DNA of 64,000 nt from Amoebidium appalachense (Eukaryota; Protista; Ichthyosporea): positions 9,652,334 to 9,716,333 of the forward strand of contig CAVNZM010000005.1 of NCBI GenBank assembly GCA_963693365.1. Direction: 5' to 3'. This document shows, piece by piece, positions 37,575 to 64,000 of the stretch. Every line of letters starts with the position of its first letter. Position 1 is the stretch's first letter. The notes under the pieces are model-generated. The model made no database searches. It was not told the origin of the DNA and worked only from the letters and a program-made list of their open reading frames with translations. The translations under genes and the position numbers were made by a program.

Positions 37575-37667
37575 CTCCCGGGCGTTCCGATTCGGCCGGG
37601 ACGATTTTCGGAACTGTGTTTTCAAATATCGGAAATTCCGATTTTTTTTTCGTAACTTCGAACCCTG
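35266..37667 (+). mobile_element. Non-autonomous hAT DNA transposon (2.4 kb)
   Basis: Perfect 12-bp TIR CAGGGTTCGAAG / CTTCGAACCCTG; perfect 8-bp TSD ATTCTATG at 35258-35265 and 37668-37675; internal transposase remnant. Confidence 0.9.
35487..35808 (+). pseudogene. Remnant of hAT transposase C-terminal dimerisation domain
   Basis: NATSERGFS..., then (frameshifted, with a stop) VIKTSLKAR...NQLMIAMNGPD, matching the ERxFS-x-IKT-x-R...LMxIxxNGP pattern of hAT C-termini. Confidence 0.7.
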
Positions 37668-37878
37668 ATTCTATGACTTCAAGTCATCCTACGCGTCGCC
37701 CGCAGCCCGGCTCGGCCGGCTGCCGGTCAGGCTGTGTCGACGGTGACGACACAGCCATAGAGCTCATGGGAATCTGGACACTTCAACTGCAAGAGAGCAC
37801 ATGACAACCACCCCTAAGTGAGATCTATCAAGAGGGTTGAAAACTTACTTAACCGGGCGTATATACGCCTCCGTGACC

Positions 37879-55932
<18,054 letters not shown>

Positions 55933-56646
55933 GCGGATGAAATTTGGGGTTATCCATCGACTATGACTTATCAGATGAATTTGGGTTCAGGGTTATCCAA
56001 CATCTCGAATATCACATGAATTTCAGCATTATTGAACGTCTCTTATACACATGACGTGTTCAGCTGGGCACAAATAAATGTTTCAGTGGGTTTGCAAAGG
56101 GAGTAAGTCAGTCAGTAAGTAGAGGAGTAGACTCAGGTGTTATATATGATGCCCGTATGTGTAGATGTGTCTTGCATTATAACGTGATATGGTGCCAGTA
56201 GAATGACTATCCTTGTAACTGTAACAGTTAATGTATTACAGGTTGAGGTTATTGAGATTGGTGGCTAATTAGAAAGAGTTATAATTGGGCATGCCACGGT
56301 TGTGAAGTTAACCTGCGATTAATGATCCGATGATTCTGAGTTAGTGAAAAAGACAATAACCTATGCCATAGTGATTCCTATAGCAGGTAGCAGTGTATAA
56401 GTAGGTGTGATGATACAAACCACAAAGAGCAAAGTGATGCGGTAAATTAATGTTGTAAGCCGAAGGGGATAATATGAGTTTGGGAAAGGTGAGAGAATTC
56501 CGGATATCCGATGTATCCGAGTGCCTGTGTTCAGTCAATTTTGTTAAAGGACGGAGCTCTGAGCTCCGGACAAATTACCCGGTATCAATTGCAAAAGGCT
56601 CTTTGCCCAAGGACGGGACCCTGTATTCACGTTCCCCTCCTCCTCC

Positions 56647-56685
<39 letters not shown>

Positions 56686-56999
56686 CCGCTGAAGCTCCCC
56701 TCTCCTTGGCAGAGAGTTTTGCAGGGATGTGTCTGCAGGTGCATGTACATGTGTAAAGCATTTGCAGTTGGGAGGGGGGGAGGGGATGAATTCACATTGA
56801 GATCCGAAAAGGTATGACCTGGTAGTCAAGAAGGAGTATCATAATGGGTGATATGTATACATAGTGGCATTCGGTATCATACTGTGTAATTTCCATGTGT
56901 GCTAATAAACTTTGATTGTTCGATTCGTTCCATGTCTCATCGGTCTAATAGTATGCGGATTCTGAATGAAGGCAAGGTCATTGCAACTACCACCGGCCA

Positions 57000-57148
57000 A
57001 GAGCCCAACCACATCAGCACATTAAACTCGCTTTTAGCATAATACGTAAGCTTGTTGCATAATAATTAAGCTTTTAACATAATAATTATGCTGCTCAAGC
57101 CTGGCGAGTTTATTATGCTGGCCACGTAAGGCGGTGTGGTTAGGCCCT
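57000..57148. mobile_element. Small MITE with AG(G/A)GCC(C/T)AACCACA termini and GCATAATAATTATGC-like internal repeats
   Basis: Imperfect TIRs; flanking direct repeat CCGGCCA at 56993-56999 and 57149-57155; second copy at 60444-60592 inside the duplication. Confidence 0.65.
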
Positions 57149-57610
57149 CCGGCCACCACCCACATATGTGCACTTTAGGATTGGTGACTGATGGTGTGTT
57201 AGCTTAACTGATTGCAAGCTTTTAGCACAAAAACTAGGTTATAGTTAGTGCTGTGTGGAAGACGGTAGTTCATATGAGGGCCCCGGGCCGGGGGGGGGGA
57301 TCCGGAAGCAAAACGGGATAAAACAAACAAACATACAAAAAAAGCATATGTGCACTTGTGCACCTGCAGATAGCGGTCCACACAGGCACGCCCACATTAA
57401 CGAGTATCCTGCAAAGCAGCGTGGTGGTAGTCACTGGTTTGATGGGAGGGAGGAGGTGGGAGAGAGGAGGGGGGGCGGGGGGGGGAGGGGGGGGGGGGGG
57501 CACAGGGGGGCTGGGGGGAGGGGGAGGGCGGGAAGGGGAGAGGAAGGGATGTTATCGTTTGAAGGAGAGCTCCCGCCCGGGGGACTATCGGTACCATGTT
57601 TGATAGCCTC

Positions 57611-57646
<36 letters not shown>

Positions 57647-57764
57647 GTTGTTTGGCCATTCTCTGAGTTTGAAGTTTTTGGTAAGTTGACGTTTAGCTTT
57701 GTGCCCTTTCTTGGACTTGCATTGAATTTGTTCGAGTTCTACTCCCCCCCTCCCCCCCCCCCCA

Positions 57765-58061
57765 AAGGGCCCAACCACATAGGCAGAGTCGACTTGCAAT
57801 CGGAATTATTCCGCGAAAAGCAGATTTAGCAGAATAATTCTGCTTTTTAGCAGAATTATTCTGCTTTTAGTGGAATAATTCTGCTTTTATCAGATTGATT
57901 CTGCTTTTATCAGATTGATTCTGCTTTTGCAGAATAATTCTGCTTTTGCGTGAATAATTCTGCTTGTAGCACAATAATTCTGCTTTTAGCAGAATAATTC
58001 TGCTTTTTGCAGAATAATTCTGCTCGGAGCAAGTTGGCTCAGCCGATGTGGTTCGGCCCTT
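57765..58061. mobile_element. 297-bp MITE with 33-bp TIRs and an internal array of about 20-bp palindromic units
   Basis: Left AAGGGCCCAACCACATAGGCAGAGTCGACTTGC vs right reverse complement AAGGGCCGAACCACATCGGCTGAGCCAACTTGC; about 10 units of GCAGAATAATTCTGCTTTTA. Confidence 0.8.
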
Positions 58062-58123
58062 CCCAACCAATCCGGCATTAGGAGTTCTAGGAAATGAGGG
58101 CAGGGGAATTTGGGGGTGTGTGT

Positions 58124-58163
<40 letters not shown>

Positions 58164-58249
58164 GATTAAAGGGTCGGGAGGAGGGAGGGAGGGAGGTAGA
58201 GAGCTCAGGAGAGGGAGAGAGGGTGGCGAGGGAGGGGTTGGCAGAGAGA

Positions 58250-62012
<3,763 letters not shown>

Positions 62013-62248
62013 GTAGATAGAGATTGGTTGGCGGGGAGAGAGAGAGGGAGGGGGGGGGGGGGGGAGAGGGCTCGGAGAGCGCATGTGCGCGCGTGTGTGT
62101 GTACGTACGTATGTGTGTGTGTGTGGGAAGGAGAACTCGGAGAGGGTGGTGGGGGCTATAGGGCACACGTTCTCTTCTGTGTATCTATGTTCTCTCTGCC
62201 AGCATCGAGACTAGAAACTTTAAATTAGTCACGATACTCAGTAGCCCC

Positions 62249-62324
<76 letters not shown>

Positions 62325-62576
62325 AAAAAAAGAAAACCACTAAACCATCCGGATCAGCTGCAGGCAGGAAAACGAATGATCCGGGATCCTCGAAGCAGGC
62401 CTTGTGTAGTAATGCAAGGGGAAGTCATTACTATTCACATAGATAACTCACGAATTTTAAAAAACAGCTGTTAACACGTTTACTCAACCATATATTCAAA
62501 CCATCTTGACACGAGTACATTATATAATAGTTTTTTCATCAAGATAACCGTTGGCATTACAAAATGGAGAAGAAAT

Positions 62577-63019
62577 TTAGCTGTCAGATTCTATTGATTG
62601 TTGATTTTGATTTTTGGCATTGAGAAAGTTCCGCAATTTCATTCTCAATGGATCATCCGCCTTAATTTTTCGAGCAAAAAGTTGTGGCACCGCTACTAGC
62701 GTATCGAAGTCGTTTACACCGAGCGGACATGGGCTCAATATCGGACGGGGGTTAACGTGTGTCTTGCACGGTAAACGCCAGTCCGTATACATGCACGTAT
62801 CTACTATGATCGATGTGTTGAATATGGAATTCTTGGCTACGGAATGAAAGAACACTTCGTCAATAAATGACCCAGTTTTAAGGAATTCATACCATTGGCG
62901 AGCTTCGTCTGAATTCAAAAAATACCGAACGAGCTCACGGCCAATCTGAAACCACGAGCTTCCTTTATACATGAGCCGGTGTTCGGGGGTTAGATCCATG
63001 GACGTGCAGGCAGCGTCTG

Positions 63020-63024
<5 letters not shown>
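62577..63024 (-). CDS. Last exon of a GT14 (core-2/I-branching or xylosyltransferase-like) glycosyltransferase; upstream exons not located in this window
   Basis: (CA)n-CAG acceptor at 63025, then [34 protein letters not shown] and LFARKI, matching the GSxW / DExFFxT / FARK motifs of family 14; stop at 62577. Confidence 0.75.
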
Positions 63025-63082
<58 letters not shown>

Positions 63083-63094
63083 GTGTGTGCGTGC

Positions 63095-63129
<35 letters not shown>

Positions 63130-63453
63130 TATGTGTGTGTGGGTGTGTGTGTGTGGGTGGGTGGGTGGGTGGGTGGGTCCAGCATACCGGTGCATGAGTG
63201 GGTGGGTTTTCTGGTGTGTGGGTGCATGTGTGTGTGTTCACATCTATTTTCGAACGTGTTTTAGAGCTGTATGTGTACTTGTGTGTGTTCGTGTGTGTGC
63301 GCATGGAGGAGGGGATGGGGAGTTTGGAGGGGGGGAGGGGGGGAGGATGTGTTACACACACAGTACACAATCATTCATGACGGACAAATCAACCCAAAAG
63401 TTGCAGATCACATACAGAGAGTTGGGTTTGGGTTTGGGGTTGGGTGTTTGGTG

Positions 63454-63526
<73 letters not shown>

Positions 63527-63844
63527 GGAGGGGGGGGGGAAGGGGGGAAGGGGAGGGAGGAAGGGAGGGGAGGCGGGGGCGAATGATGAGAGGAATAAAG
63601 CAATATAGAATAATTATCAAGCATAGACTGAAACCAAAGGCAACCTTAAGTTAAAAGTGCGCATCAAACGAGATTTGGAAGAGAAATTGCGCTCAAACGC
63701 AACCAAGGCCATGCACATATGGCAGGGCAGATGCACAGAGGAGCAGAAAGAGCTTAGAGTTAGGTAAGAAATACTCTGATGCAATTCAATAGTAATTACT
63801 TCAATATGAGATCATTACAGCCTGACTGTATGGTCTTTTTTTTT

Positions 63845-63875
<31 letters not shown>

Positions 63876-64000
63876 GTGTGTTTGCGCGCGCACGCGCACA
63901 CGCGCGCGCACCGCGTGTGTGATACACATACTTCAGCACGTATAATAATGCTTGTGTGTGTGTGTGTGTGTGGCAGGGACGGGGGGAAAGAGGGGAAGGG

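Noticed and set aside
57829-58025. Palindromic 20-bp repeats as a CRISPR array
   Set aside because: Units are head-to-tail with no unique spacers, there are no cas genes, the context is eukaryotic and the array lies between TIRs.

Overview
Eukaryotic, intron-rich genomic DNA; almost all ORF-track entries are microsatellite or homopolymer noise. Manual GT-AG splicing with consistent exon phases gives six protein-coding genes: a 5'-partial atypical protein kinase with a very long low-complexity tail (+, 1-9550), a single-C2H2 zinc-finger factor (-, 12502-14675), CDC123 (-, 19915-26850), AP-2 sigma subunit (+, 27989-34286), a methionine synthase reductase-like diflavin reductase (+, 37879-55932; one expected exon not found) and the last exon of a GT14 glycosyltransferase (-, 62577-63024). 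Non-coding DNA is full of (CA)n/(GT)n/(GA)n tracts and long poly-G/poly-C runs. It also holds several DNA-transposon derivatives: a 2.4-kb hAT element with 8-bp TSD, a Tc1/mariner-type MITE, a foldback element with 9-bp TSD, and an unclassified TIR family filled with palindromic 20-bp repeats. Also present are a dispersed, poly-C-flanked intronic repeat family and a 3.5-kb tandem duplication that may be an assembly artefact. The most unusual signals are (CA)n tracts in place of the polypyrimidine tract, poly-C next to weak donors, and repeated local duplication of exon boundaries. The organism cannot be determined; a unicellular opisthokont is a guess. All coordinates and counts were read by eye and no database search was run.
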